This document shows positions 21,475 to 30,539 of a stretch of 39,351 nt of DNA, one piece after another; position 1 is the first letter of the stretch; the number at the start of each line of letters is the position of its first letter. The translations under genes and the position numbers were made by a program. The notes beneath the pieces were generated by a model. That model saw nothing but the letters and a program-made list of their open reading frames with translations, ran no database searches and was not told the DNA's origin. The DNA is from an uncultured Nitrospiraceae bacterium (GTDB lineage: Bacteria; Nitrospirota; UBA9217), in contig CAZTXN010000004.1 of NCBI GenBank assembly GCA_964617655.1, forward strand, positions 1 to 39,351. The letters are read 5' to 3'.

Positions 21475-22470
21475 TTAGCCGATCTCCAGCATCCGGTCGA
21501 GCGCCTGCTTCGCCCTGACGCGGGTCTCCTCGGGCACGGTGATGACATGCTGCATCTTCTCCATGGCAGCGAGCACGCTCGAGAGCTTCGTGCGCTTCAT
21601 GTTCGGGCAGACCATCTTGCGGGAGAGGAGATGGAACGTCTTCTCCGGGCTCTCCTTCCGGAGGCGGTGCAGGATGCCCTCCTCGGTCCCGATGATGAAC
21701 TCCCGGCGCTCCGACTCCCTGCAGAAGCGGAGCATGCCCGAGGTGCTGGTGATCCGGTCCGCCAGGTCCTGGACCCCGGGCGGGCATTCGGGATGCACGA
21801 CCAGCAGGGCCTGGGGATGCTCGGCCCGGGCGCGGACCGCGTCATCGAGCGTGAGCTGGACGTGGTGCACGTTGCAGAACCCGTCCCAGGAGATGATCCG
21901 CTTCTTCGTGCGCTTCGCCGCGTAGGCCGAGAGGTTCCGGTCGGGGATGCAGATGACCGTCTCCTCCCTGAGCGACTCCACGACCTTCACCACGTTCGAG
22001 GAGGTGCAGCAGATATCGCTCTCGGCCTTGACCGCGGCCGAGGTGTTCACATAGGCCACCACCGGCAGGCCGGGGTGCTGCTGCTTCAGGTCCTGGATCG
22101 TGAAGTCGTCGGGGAACTGGAAGGAGATGTCGTAGAGCTCCCGGAAGAGGTCGCGTTTCGTCGTCCGGCTGCCGGCCGCGGTCACCATGTCCGCCATGGG
22201 GCAGCCGGCGGCGAGCTCGGGCAGCAGCACGGTCTTGTCGGGCGAGAGGATGGCCGCGCTCTCGGCCATGAAATGGACGCCGCAGAAGACGATGACCCGG
22301 TGGTCGGTCCGCGCCGCGGAGCGGGAGAGCTCGAGGGAATCGCCGGTGATGTCCGCGATGTCCTGGACCTCGGGCCGCTGGTAGTTGTGCGCCAGGATGA
22401 CGGCGTTCAGGTCCTTCTTGAGCCGGAGGATCCGTTCGCGGGTCTCGGCGATGTTCGCTTCGGTGGTCAT
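21475..22470 (-). CDS. nadA: Quinolinate synthase
   Basis: [38 protein letters not shown] and CPNMK motifs. 331 aa. Confidence 0.95.
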   Translation of the reverse strand: MTTEANIAETRERILRLKKDLNAVILAHNYQRPEVQDIADITGDSLELSRSAARTDHRVIVFCGVHFMAESAAILSPDKTVLLPELAAGCPMADMVTAAGSRTTKRDLFRELYDISFQFPDDFTIQDLKQQHPGLPVVAYVNTSAAVKAESDICCTSSNVVKVVESLREETVICIPDRNLSAYAAKRTKKRIISWDGFCNVHHVQLTLDDAVRARAEHPQALLVVHPECPPGVQDLADRITSTSGMLRFCRESERREFIIGTEEGILHRLRKESPEKTFHLLSRKMVCPNMKRTKLSSVLAAMEKMQHVITVPEETRVRAKQALDRMLEIG

Positions 22471-22489
22471 AAGGGATCGGGGAAACCTT

Positions 22490-22569
22490 TGACAGGATAA
22501 CAGGATCGACAGGATGGACGTGAAGAAAGGGGTCGGTATTGTATCCGTTCTTATCCTGTCATCCTGTCA
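22490..22569. repeat. Word-array hairpin (ACAGGAT words)
   Basis: Left arm has ACAGGAT x3 with 1-2 nt spacers (22492-22515). Right arm has ATCCGTT, ATCCTGT, ATCCTGT (22543-22567). Lies in the divergent nadA/era intergenic region. Confidence 0.8.
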
Positions 22570-22694
22570 AAACGGTATTCCTGCTTTTTCGGTGAGATGA
22601 TAATACTGGTACGATGGATAGGTGTCAATCCAAATCTGTCTTATTTTCCGGTGATATAGCTTGCGCGGCCGGTATGATTCGGGTATTGTATGCA

Positions 22695-23594
22695 ATGCTC
22701 CAGGACAACGCATACCGCTCGGGGTTCATCGCCATCGTGGGCAGGCCGAACGTGGGCAAGTCCACGCTCCTGAACCGCCTCCTGGGCGAGAAGATATCGA
22801 TCATCTCGGACAAGCCCCAAACCACGCGCAACCGCATCCGCGGCATCCTGACCCTGCCGCAGGCGCAGCTCGTCTTCATCGACACGCCCGGCATCCACAA
22901 GCCGGTCCACCGGATGAACGACGTGATGGTCAAGGCGGCGGTCCGGACCTTCGGCGAGGTGGACGTCATCCTGCTGCTGGTCGAGGCGACGGAGCGGCCG
23001 GGCGCGGGCGACCGGTTCATCATCGATGCGCTGGCCGGCGTCCGGACCCCCGTCTTCCTGCTGATCAACAAGGCGGACCTGGCGCCGAAGGAGCGGCTCC
23101 TGCCGCTCATCCAGGAGTGCAGCGCGCTCTATCCCTTTGCCGAGATCGTCCCGGTCTCGGCGCTCACCGGCGACCTGGGCCGGCTGGTGGACACGGTGGT
23201 GCAGCGGCTGCCGGAGGGGCCGAAGTACTTCCCCGACGACCAGCTGACGGACCAGCCGGAGCGGTTCATCGTGGCCGAGCTCATCCGGGAGAAGGTCTTC
23301 GCCCTGACCAAGGAGGAGGTGCCGTACTCCACCGCGGTGGCGATCGAGCAGATGCAGGAAGAGGGAGACCTGACGCGCGTCCATGCGGTCATCTACGTGG
23401 ACCGGGAGTCCCAGAAGGGCATCGTGATCGGGAAGCGCGGGGCGCTGCTGAAGGAGATCGGGAGCCGGGCGCGGGCCGACGCGGAGAAGCTCCTGGGCGT
23501 CAAGGTCTTCCTGCAGCTCTGGGTGAAGGTCAAGAAGGGCTGGCGCGAGGACGACGCCATGCTCCGGAACATGGGGATCCTGGAAGAAGAATAG
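22695..23594 (+). CDS. era: GTPase Era
   Basis: SGFIAIVGRPNVGKSTLLN (G1), DKPQTTR, DTPG, NKADL, and a C-terminal KH domain (VIGKRGALLKEIG). ATG 22695 fits the usual short Era N-terminus. The ORF-track start at 22614 was rejected. Confidence 0.92.
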   Translation: MLQDNAYRSGFIAIVGRPNVGKSTLLNRLLGEKISIISDKPQTTRNRIRGILTLPQAQLVFIDTPGIHKPVHRMNDVMVKAAVRTFGEVDVILLLVEATERPGAGDRFIIDALAGVRTPVFLLINKADLAPKERLLPLIQECSALYPFAEIVPVSALTGDLGRLVDTVVQRLPEGPKYFPDDQLTDQPERFIVAELIREKVFALTKEEVPYSTAVAIEQMQEEGDLTRVHAVIYVDRESQKGIVIGKRGALLKEIGSRARADAEKLLGVKVFLQLWVKVKKGWREDDAMLRNMGILEEE

Positions 23595-23598
23595 CATA

Positions 23599-23732
23599 CA
23601 ACAAGCACGAAATAGCAAGTTACAAATCCCAGGTAAACACCAAGCACCAAGTTCCAAACGAAGGACATTCTGGTCATTGGATATTCGTGTTTCAATATCA
23701 TTTGTAATTTGATGCTTGGGATCCGGAATTTC
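23599..23732. repeat. Degenerate word-array element (CAAGCAC/CAAATCC/CACCAAG words and partial complements)
   Basis: 7-nt periodicity of CAA/CCAA at 23603-23660. Partial complements ATTCGTGTTT and CTTGGGAT at 23683-23722. Shares the CAAATCCCA/TGGGAT vocabulary with the element at 114-236. Pairing is looser than in the other elements. Confidence 0.55.
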
Positions 23733-23748
23733 ACACGGGAGTGTGTCC

Positions 23749-24381
23749 ATGCATGAACTGATCCTCTGGCTGGTGAACACCATCGGGAAGCTGGGATACC
23801 CCGGCATCTTCCTGCTCATGACCATCGAGAGCTCGGCCTTTCCCTTCCCGAGCGAGATCGTGATGATCCCCGCGGGCTATCTCGCCCAGAAAGGCCAGAT
23901 GAACCTGGCGCTCGCGGTCCTCTGCGGCACGGCCGGGAGCCTCGCCGGCGCGTACATCAACTACTACGCCGCGCGCTACCTCGGCCGTCCGCTCATCCTG
24001 AAGTACGGAAAGTACATCCTCCTGACCGAGGAGAAGTACGCCAGGGCCGAGGCCTTCTTCCGGGACCACGGGGAGGTCTCGACCTTCGTCGGCAGGCTCA
24101 TCCCGGGCGTGCGCCAGCTCATCTCGCTGCCCGCGGGGCTTGCCCGGATGAACCACCTCCGCTTCTCCCTCTATACCGTCGCGGGCGCGGGCATGTGGGT
24201 CACGGTCCTTGCCTGGATCGGGCATTTCGCCGGCGCGCGGGAGGACCTGGTGCGGCAATATGCCAACCACGCGGTCGTCGCGGCGGTCATCTTGGGAGCT
24301 ACCGTCGTGGCCGTGTATGTCTGGCGCCACCGGATGAACAGCAGGAAGCGCTCAGCCGCGCAGGTCCCGGACGCGGAGTGA
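23749..24381 (+). CDS. DedA-family inner membrane protein
   Basis: GYPGIFLLMTIESSAFPFPSEIVMIPAGYL and FVGRLIPGVRQLISLPAG motifs. SD GGGAG before ATG 23749. Confidence 0.85.
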   Translation: MHELILWLVNTIGKLGYPGIFLLMTIESSAFPFPSEIVMIPAGYLAQKGQMNLALAVLCGTAGSLAGAYINYYAARYLGRPLILKYGKYILLTEEKYARAEAFFRDHGEVSTFVGRLIPGVRQLISLPAGLARMNHLRFSLYTVAGAGMWVTVLAWIGHFAGAREDLVRQYANHAVVAAVILGATVVAVYVWRHRMNSRKRSAAQVPDAE

Positions 24382-24423
24382 GAGGCTGCAGAGACATCCC
24401 CTATATTTATTAACGAGGACCGG

Positions 24424-25176
24424 ATGAGATCCCGCACCGAATCCATCATCCTCGGCAGCATGCACCTCGGCGAGGCGGACAAGCTCGTCACGTTCTTCTC
24501 CCTCGACCGGGGGAAGCTCCGGGGCGTGGCCCGGAACGCCCGCAAGTCCTTCCGCCGCTTCGGCGCGGGACTCGAGCCCTTCACCCACTGCCGCCTGCAG
24601 CTCTACGAGCGGGAGCACCAGGAACTGCTGCGCATCGAGTCCGCCGAGATCCTGACCCAGCACTTCACCCTGGCCTGCGACCTGGACCGCCTTGCCGCAG
24701 CGGCGCCCGCCCTGGAGCTCGTGCGGGAGCTCGCGCCGGAAGGGGAGCGCAACGCGGCGGTCTTCCTGCTGCTCGGCCATATCCTGAACCTGCTCGAGAC
24801 CTCGCCGGACCCGCTCTTCCTGCTCCGCATCTTCGAGATCCGGCTGCTCTCGCTGCTGGGCTACCAGCCCAAGCTCGACCGGTGCCTCTCCTGCGGCAGC
24901 CCGGCGGACCGGCGGATGGTCTTCTACGGACCCAAGGGCGGCGTGCTCTGTTCCGCCTGCCTCGCGGCAGACGGGGACGCAGAGCTTACGGTCTCGCCCG
25001 GCGCCGTGGGGTTCTACTACCATGCCCTGCGCATGGACCTGGACAAGCTCACCCGCCTGCGGCCTTCGGCCGCGATCCTGCGCGAGCTCGACCAGGCCCT
25101 CTCGACCCACTTCCTCCATATCCTCGGCCGCAGGCTGCGGTCCGCGGCCTTCCTGCGTTCGCTCTGCCGGCCCTGA
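24424..25176 (+). CDS. recO: DNA repair protein RecO
   Basis: N-terminal OB fold (GEADKLVTFFSLDRGKLRGVARNARKS) and zinc-finger cysteines CLSCG...VLCSAC. 250 aa. Confidence 0.9.
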   Translation: MRSRTESIILGSMHLGEADKLVTFFSLDRGKLRGVARNARKSFRRFGAGLEPFTHCRLQLYEREHQELLRIESAEILTQHFTLACDLDRLAAAAPALELVRELAPEGERNAAVFLLLGHILNLLETSPDPLFLLRIFEIRLLSLLGYQPKLDRCLSCGSPADRRMVFYGPKGGVLCSACLAADGDAELTVSPGAVGFYYHALRMDLDKLTRLRPSAAILRELDQALSTHFLHILGRRLRSAAFLRSLCRP

Positions 25177-25201
25177 TATTGTTGATGAAGCCGAAAGAAC
25201 C

Positions 25202-25364
25202 CTGAGCGCACCACTGAGGCACGGAGGGCGCGGAGAAAGACCGCTGCCTTGCGGAAGGGAATTCTTCGTGTCACGGTGCATCAGCAGCAGGCGCCGACCT
25301 TTCGAATGACTTCCCGATCGCTTTGTTCTCCGATAGATCGCAGATGATCGCAGGATCGCAGCGG
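25202..25364. repeat. Imperfect hairpin (CTGAGGCACGG.../...CACGGTGCATCAG) plus GATCGCA repeats
   Basis: Arms at 25202-25239 and 25263-25292 are partly complementary. GATCGC(A) occurs at 25316, 25336, 25346 and 25354. Lies in the convergent recO/lnt intergenic region. Confidence 0.5.
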
Positions 25365-25370
25365 GGCCGG

Positions 25371-26954
25371 CTATGCCGCCCGGTCGCCGGTATCCGCCTC
25401 GCCGGAAGCAGGCGGTGCGGCCTCATCAGGCAGGGCAGGGGGACGGCGGGACGGGAAGGCAAGGAGGCTGATGCCGACCAGGAGGCAGAGCGCACCGAAG
25501 ACGTCGCCGTTCCTGGTGTAGAACGTCCGCGCCTTTCCGGCCGGCGCGAGATCGCGCACCAGGACGGCCTCGGTGAAGAGGGGGGAGCGCTCGAGCACGC
25601 GGCCCCGGGCATCGATGAACCCGGAGATGCCGGTGTTCGCCGCGCGCGCGACGGGGACGCGGTTCTCCACCGCGCGAAGGACGGCCATGGCGAAGTGCTG
25701 CGCCGGCATGCCGGTCCTGCCGAACCAGGCGTCGTTCGTGATCGTGGTCATGACCGCGGCGCCGCGGGCCGCGAAGCGCCGCACCAGGTCCGGGAAGATG
25801 ATCTCGTAACAGATGACGGTGCCGAGGAGCACGCCGCCTTCCGGGCCGCGGACCTCTGCGAGGGTATGCTCGCTTCCTGCCTCGAAGTCGCCGGGCGCCT
25901 GGACGAGCCGCTCGGTGAAGAAGAGGAGGCCCCGCAGGAGCGCGTACTCGCCGAAGGGCACGAGGTGAAGCTTGTGGTAGACCTGGCTGGTCCTGCCTGC
26001 GCGGTCCAGGAAGAAGGCTGAGTTCCGCAGGCGATACCGGAGCCCGTCCTTCTCGAGGGTCGGGCTGCCGAGGAGGAGCGGCACGCCCGCTTTGCGCACG
26101 AGCTCGCGGAGCTCTGCGGTCATGGCCCGGTCGGTCTCTCCCGGTCCGTCGAAATAGAAGGGCGTGCTTGTCTCGGGCCAGATGATCAGGTCCGGCCGCG
26201 CGGTGAGCGCATCCCGCGTCAGGCGCTGATAGGCCGCGAAGACCTCGCTCCGGAAATCCGGGTCCCACTTCCTGGACTGGTCGATGTTCCCCTGGATGAC
26301 CGCGATGCGCAGCCCGTCATGCCCCGGCCGCTCTCCCAGCCGGTGCCGGCCGTATGCCAGGACGAGGACAAGCGCCAGGGCTGCGGCGGTGAGGGGAAGG
26401 AACCGCCGGCGGTCTGCAATGAGCTCCGCGATCGCTATGTTCACGAGCACGACCAGGTACGATACGCCGTAGACGCCGGTAAGATCCGCGATCTGGATGA
26501 CCGGCAGGACGGAATGCTGGCTGTAGCCCAGCAGGGACCAGGGGAACCCGGTCAGCAGGTGGGTGCGGACGAGCTCCAGGCCGGTCCAGAGCGCGGCAGC
26601 AGCGACGGGGAAGAGCGGCAGGCGCCGCTCGCGGAGCAGGACCGCTCCTGCGCCGAAAAGCGCGGGATAGAGAGCGCAGTAGGCGCAGAGCAGGAGCGTG
26701 ACGAGCGATGCCGCGGGGAGCGGGAGCCTGCCATGGACCTGGAGCGGGTGCGCGACCCAATAGAGGGTGCCGCAGAAGAGGATGATGCCCGCGACGCCGC
26801 CGAGCCGGAACCCCTGTCGCAGGGTCCGGCCCCGCAGGCCGGCCAGCAGGGGGACCAGTCCCGTCCAGGCAAGAAGAGGGAGGTCGAAGGGCGGGAGCGA
26901 GAGGGCGAGCAGCGCTCCTGCCAGTGCGGCAAGAGCAAGGGAGCGGCCGGGCAT
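25371..26954 (-). CDS. lnt: Apolipoprotein N-acyltransferase
   Basis: Multi-TM N-terminal half plus a CN-hydrolase domain (RIAVIQGNI, WPET, VICYEIIFPDL). 527 aa. Confidence 0.92.
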   Translation of the reverse strand: MPGRSLALAALAGALLALSLPPFDLPLLAWTGLVPLLAGLRGRTLRQGFRLGGVAGIILFCGTLYWVAHPLQVHGRLPLPAASLVTLLLCAYCALYPALFGAGAVLLRERRLPLFPVAAAALWTGLELVRTHLLTGFPWSLLGYSQHSVLPVIQIADLTGVYGVSYLVVLVNIAIAELIADRRRFLPLTAAALALVLVLAYGRHRLGERPGHDGLRIAVIQGNIDQSRKWDPDFRSEVFAAYQRLTRDALTARPDLIIWPETSTPFYFDGPGETDRAMTAELRELVRKAGVPLLLGSPTLEKDGLRYRLRNSAFFLDRAGRTSQVYHKLHLVPFGEYALLRGLLFFTERLVQAPGDFEAGSEHTLAEVRGPEGGVLLGTVICYEIIFPDLVRRFAARGAAVMTTITNDAWFGRTGMPAQHFAMAVLRAVENRVPVARAANTGISGFIDARGRVLERSPLFTEAVLVRDLAPAGKARTFYTRNGDVFGALCLLVGISLLAFPSRRPPALPDEAAPPASGEADTGDRAA

Positions 26955-26955
26955 G

Positions 26956-27357
26956 CTACTTGGAGGTCTTCTGCTCCTGCATCCAGCGCAGGAGCCCTTC
27001 CTTCATGCCGGTATTGATGCCGGAGCTCGCCGGGGCGTCCGGCGCCTTTGCCGCCTGGCGCCGGGGCTTCTGACTGCCGGCCTCGGCCCGGTCGCGCTTC
27101 CTGGCCTCGGCAGCGGGTTTCTGCCGCTCAATGCGCTGCCGGGCAGGACGACGCTCCTGCGCCGCGGCGGACGGAGAGAGGTGCGCGACGGCGTGGCGAT
27201 AGACCATCTCGTGCTTCGCGCTCTCCAGGGCGATGATGTAGTTGTCGAAGGCCCGGATCCGGCCGGTCAGCCGCGTCCTGTTCTGGAGCACGATGGTCAC
27301 CGGCGTACGCTGCTCCTGGTACGCAGCGAGCATCTTGTCGAGCAGGTTGACCTCCAT
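26956..27357 (-). CDS. hfq: Hfq-like Sm protein with a long basic C-terminal tail
   Basis: Sm1/Sm2 pattern: LLDKMLAAYQEQRTPVTIVLQNRTRLTGRIRAFDNYIIALES..EMVYRHAV. Followed by ~65 aa rich in R/K/A/P/Q. SD GGAGG. Its stop is 1 nt from the lnt start. Confidence 0.72.
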   Translation of the reverse strand: MEVNLLDKMLAAYQEQRTPVTIVLQNRTRLTGRIRAFDNYIIALESAKHEMVYRHAVAHLSPSAAAQERRPARQRIERQKPAAEARKRDRAEAGSQKPRRQAAKAPDAPASSGINTGMKEGLLRWMQEQKTSK

Positions 27358-27432
27358 GGAGCACCTCCGGAAGGGGGAAGTTCCCTCGCCGGCGGCGCAG
27401 CGCAGGACGCGGGACGCGCGGCGCCGTGCCGG

Positions 27433-27888
27433 CTACCGGTTGATCGTGGTGATCGCGTGCTTGTAGTACAGGTGCTGCCTGCCGCCGTCGCGGAGGAGCA
27501 GCGTGAAATTATCGTATGCCTCGATGGTCGCCCTGATGCGCTGGCCGCTCAGGAGGAAGATCGTGACCGGGTGATGCTCGCGGACCACTTTCTCCAGGAA
27601 TTCCTGCTGGATGTTCGGCCGGGCAGGGGCTGCGCCCTCCTTTGCGGCAGGCGGCGCTTCGGGGACCGCGGGAGCGATCAGGGGTTCGGGGGAGGAAAGG
27701 AAGGAGATGTCCTGCTTCAGGACGGTGATGACGCCGTCGGCGGTCTCCACGTTGATCTCATAGCGCCCGATCTCGCGGAGCACGCCCTCATGCTCCGAGC
27801 GGTTCACCTGGCCGATCCGGAGCGCTGCGCCCCGGGAAAAGGCCTGGGAGAGGAACTCCGGTTCGATCGCGCCTGCAGCAGCATCCAT
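27433..27888 (-). CDS. hfq: Hfq with an N-terminal extra Sm-like domain
   Basis: The C-terminal half is canonical Hfq: NIQQEFLEKVVREHHPVTIFLLSGQRIRATIEAYDNFTLLLRDGGRQHLYYKHAITTI. The N-terminal ~85 aa has a second Sm-like pattern (LRIGQVN..EHEGVLREIGRYEINVETADGVITVLKQDISFL). There is no internal start before the Hfq half. Start is ATG 27888 or TTG 27897. Confidence 0.72.
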   Translation of the reverse strand: MDAAAGAIEPEFLSQAFSRGAALRIGQVNRSEHEGVLREIGRYEINVETADGVITVLKQDISFLSSPEPLIAPAVPEAPPAAKEGAAPARPNIQQEFLEKVVREHHPVTIFLLSGQRIRATIEAYDNFTLLLRDGGRQHLYYKHAITTINR

Positions 27889-27896
27889 CGGACTCA

Positions 27897-27925
27897 ATCA
27901 TAATGCAATGCCCGAAGGTTTGCAA
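27897..27925 (-). promoter_or_regulatory. Candidate sigma70 promoter (TTGCAA-17-TATGAT) for the Hfq pair
   Basis: Read on the minus strand: -35 at 27925-27920 and -10 at 27902-27897. This would put the TSS within a few nt of ATG 27888, giving a near-leaderless transcript. Confidence 0.3.
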
Positions 27926-27970
27926 GCGGTTTTTCCCGTCATGCAGGCCGGTCGCGCCGGACAGCGTCTG

Positions 27971-27979
27971 TGCTATAAT
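27971..27979 (+). promoter_or_regulatory. Candidate extended -10 promoter (TGCTATAAT)
   Basis: TGnTATAAT at 27971-27979, ~85 nt upstream of the 28066 gene. The -35 is poor. Confidence 0.3.
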
Positions 27980-28065
27980 CAGCGCAGCACGACCAAGAGC
28001 CTTGCGAGAAAAACGGGTCGGACCCCGTAGCATCGCTTGCCGTTCCGGGAGATGGCATTGGCGGA

Positions 28066-28452
28066 ATGAACGACGATGAGATGCAGGCCATGTTGATCGA
28101 CCACATGGGCAGGGGCTTCCTGGAGAACATCATCGCCCTCTTCCGCCAGGAGCCGGAGCTCATGCGGTTCATCCCGGCCATGGCGGCGGACGATGCGATC
28201 GCCGTGCGCATAGGCGCCACGGCGCTGGTGGAGGAGATGGCGGCCGGGCGCCGGGAGCAGCTGCGCGTCGCCGTGCCCGGCCTGGTCCGCCTGCTGGGGA
28301 ACGGGAACCCGACCATCCGAGGCGATGCGGCGAACCTGCTGGGGCTGATCGGCGGCGGACAGGCCGTTGAAGCGCTGCGGGGGCTCCGGAAGGACCCGAA
28401 CGCCGCGGTGCGGGAGATCGTCGAGGACGCGCTGCGGGAGCCTGGGGCGTAA
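28066..28452 (+). CDS. HEAT-repeat protein
   Basis: Repeated helical motif of the PBS-lyase HEAT type: LLGNGNPTIRGDAANLLGLIGGGQAVEAL..L.KDPNAAVREIVEDAL. Confidence 0.65.
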   Translation: MNDDEMQAMLIDHMGRGFLENIIALFRQEPELMRFIPAMAADDAIAVRIGATALVEEMAAGRREQLRVAVPGLVRLLGNGNPTIRGDAANLLGLIGGGQAVEALRGLRKDPNAAVREIVEDALREPGA

Positions 28453-28524
28453 GATAAAGACGCGTGGGAAGTGATCGAGGCGCGCCCGGGAGGGCGCGCC
28501 TCTTCCTGGTGTGCCGGACCGCTG

Positions 28525-29721
28525 CTACCAGCCCAGGTTGAGCGTCAGGAGATGGCGCTGGTCCCGGTCCTGGCCGGCGGATGCGCCGATCTCCTCGCCG
28601 TACATCGCGTAGGAGACCGAGAGGATGAGGGTGCGGAGCTCGGCGCCGAAGGTCGGGTACCCCTGGTACATGCCTGCCCGCAGCGCGAGCTCGAGCAGCA
28701 TCCGGTCGAAGAGCTGAAGCTCCGCGCCGTACCGCAGCCGCTTGGCCAAGTCCCTGTCCTGCTCGAACTCCTTGGTGATGTCCACGAGATCGGCGCCAAG
28801 GAGGAGCGACCGGAAGACGGGGATCCTGGGATTGACGGAGACGCCGGCGTTCACGGTCATCGGGATGGTCCCGGCGCCCCCGAAGTCCAGGTCGCCGATG
28901 TTCATGACCGACACGCCGGCCGCGGGACGCCACCAGGAATTGACCGCAAACTTCCAGAGCAGCCCCGCGTCCCAGCCCAGCGCGTCGCCTTCCCGCCGCA
29001 GCTCATTGGTGATGTAGCCGTCCAGGTCTTCCTGGTTGTTCACGAGGTCGTCGGCCGTGAAGATGTGCGCCAGCGATTCCCGGTGCAGCGCTTTGAGCGA
29101 CGCGCCGGCGTAGAGGCCGTCCCCCAGCGGCAGGCTGAATCCTGTGACAACGCCCCAGGTGGCGTCGGCGCTGATCTCGAGCTCGGCAAGGGGGCCGGCG
29201 TCCAGGCGGGGGGTCGCGTCGAGCCGGCCGCTCGCGAAGGCGCCGAGACCGAAGGCAAAGGAATCATAGCTCCTGCCGATGGAGGTGAGGTTGGCGGCAC
29301 GGAGATGCATGTTCCTGCCCTGGTTGGCCAGCAGCAGGTCGTTCACCGCCAGCACCTGATCGTCCGTCGCCGATCCGTTGCTGTTCAGGTCGCCGGTGGT
29401 CAACGCCGCGTCCAGGTCGTCGGCGAAGTCCAGGGTGTTCTTGCCGACCTCGGCGCTCAGGTGTACGAGGTTCACTTCCCACCCCTTGTCCTGCGGGATG
29501 TTCGTCAGGCCCGCGGGGTTGTAGAAGAGCGTGTCCACCCGGCCGCCGACGGCGGTGTACGCACCGCCCATGCCCATGGCGCGCGTTGATTTGTAGAGAT
29601 AGGGGTGTTCGAGCGTCGAGGCTGCCGCTGCTGCCGGTCCTCCCGCGAGCAGGAGCACGGTGCAGATGAGCGGGAGCATACGCATGATCGATCTCTTGAG
29701 ACGGGTGATGGTACGGTGCAT
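28525..29721 (-). CDS. Outer-membrane beta-barrel protein (FadL/TraF-like N-terminal motif)
   Basis: Signal peptide MHRTITRLKRSIMRMLPLICTVLLLAGGPAAAAA. GMGGAYTAVGG...LFYNPAGL motif. Alternating-hydrophobic strands. C-terminal ...LTLNLGW. ATG 29721 is preceded by GGGAGG. Confidence 0.78.
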   Translation of the reverse strand: MHRTITRLKRSIMRMLPLICTVLLLAGGPAAAAASTLEHPYLYKSTRAMGMGGAYTAVGGRVDTLFYNPAGLTNIPQDKGWEVNLVHLSAEVGKNTLDFADDLDAALTTGDLNSNGSATDDQVLAVNDLLLANQGRNMHLRAANLTSIGRSYDSFAFGLGAFASGRLDATPRLDAGPLAELEISADATWGVVTGFSLPLGDGLYAGASLKALHRESLAHIFTADDLVNNQEDLDGYITNELRREGDALGWDAGLLWKFAVNSWWRPAAGVSVMNIGDLDFGGAGTIPMTVNAGVSVNPRIPVFRSLLLGADLVDITKEFEQDRDLAKRLRYGAELQLFDRMLLELALRAGMYQGYPTFGAELRTLILSVSYAMYGEEIGASAGQDRDQRHLLTLNLGW

Positions 29722-29815
29722 GGGGCCTCCCTTCCTGGGGGTGATATGAGGGAATTGTAGCGGCAAGTGAGGCGTTCCGTCAAGGTACGGATCACCACCT
29801 GACGGGCCGCCGGGA

Positions 29816-30010
29816 TCAGAGCAGTCCCCGTTCGCGGAGCGCATGGGCGATCAGCACGCCGGAGAGCCAGACCATGCCGGTGATGCCGATCGCCGAGAGG
29901 AGGGAATAGATCGTCCTGCGCAAGGGGGAATAGGGCGATGTCCGGATCGTGCGGAGATGGACGAGCAGGCTGAAGCCCAGCCCCAGGAGCAGGAAGACGG
30001 TCTCGATCAT
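29816..30010 (-). CDS. Small two-TM membrane protein
   Basis: 64 aa with two hydrophobic helices (VFLLLGLGFSLLV; LLSAIGITGMVWLSGVLIA). The ATG is 4 nt after the greB stop, with GGAAGGG upstream. Confidence 0.5.
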   Translation of the reverse strand: MIETVFLLLGLGFSLLVHLRTIRTSPYSPLRRTIYSLLSAIGITGMVWLSGVLIAHALRERGLL

Positions 30011-30014
30011 GGCG

Positions 30015-30539
30015 CTACCCTTCCGCTTGTCCGGACAAAGGCGGTCCGTAGGACACGCTCACCACGGTGTAGCAGATGTCGCCCCGGGGCCGGCGCACGG
30101 TGATCTCATCGCCCTCCTGCTTCTTCATCAGCGCCCGCGCCACCGGCGAGTCCATGCTGATGAATCCGCGCTCCGCGTCGAACTCGTCGGGCCCCACGAT
30201 GCGGTAATCGACCTGCCGCCCGGTCTCGTCCTCCAACCGCACCCAGGCGCCGAAGAAGATGCGGTTCCTGTCGGACGGCGCCGCATCCACCACCACGACA
30301 TCCTCGAGCCGCGTCTTGAGGAAATGGATGCGGCCGTCGATCTCCCGGAGCTGTTTCTTGCGGTAGATGTACTCCGCGTTCTCGGACCGGTCGCCCTCTG
30401 CGGCCGCCGCGGCCAGTGCCGCAGTCACCTCGGGACGCCTGACCTTCCAGAGGAGATGGAACTCGTCGATCATCCGCTGCCTGCCCTCAGGGGTTATGTA
30501 CTTCGAGCTGGAGGGACGAGGTGGCCGTTGTCTGCTCAT
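30015..30539 (-). CDS. greB: Transcription elongation factor GreB
   Basis: LLWKVRRPEVT, GDRSENAEYIYRKKQLREID and FFGAWV motifs match GreB rather than GreA. Confidence 0.88.
   Translation of the reverse strand: MSRQRPPRPSSSKYITPEGRQRMIDEFHLLWKVRRPEVTAALAAAAAEGDRSENAEYIYRKKQLREIDGRIHFLKTRLEDVVVVDAAPSDRNRIFFGAWVRLEDETGRQVDYRIVGPDEFDAERGFISMDSPVARALMKKQEGDEITVRRPRGDICYTVVSVSYGPPLSGQAEG

Noticed and set aside
20387-22500. 466-aa minus-strand ORF in another frame, and 325/351-aa plus-strand ORFs overlapping rmuC and nadA
   Set aside because: The RmuC and NadA frames carry clear family motifs. The alternatives are P/R/G-rich with no start context.
26767-27903. 378-aa plus-strand ORF across lnt 5' end and both hfq-like genes
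   Set aside because: It is antisense to three real genes and has low-complexity R/G/A composition.
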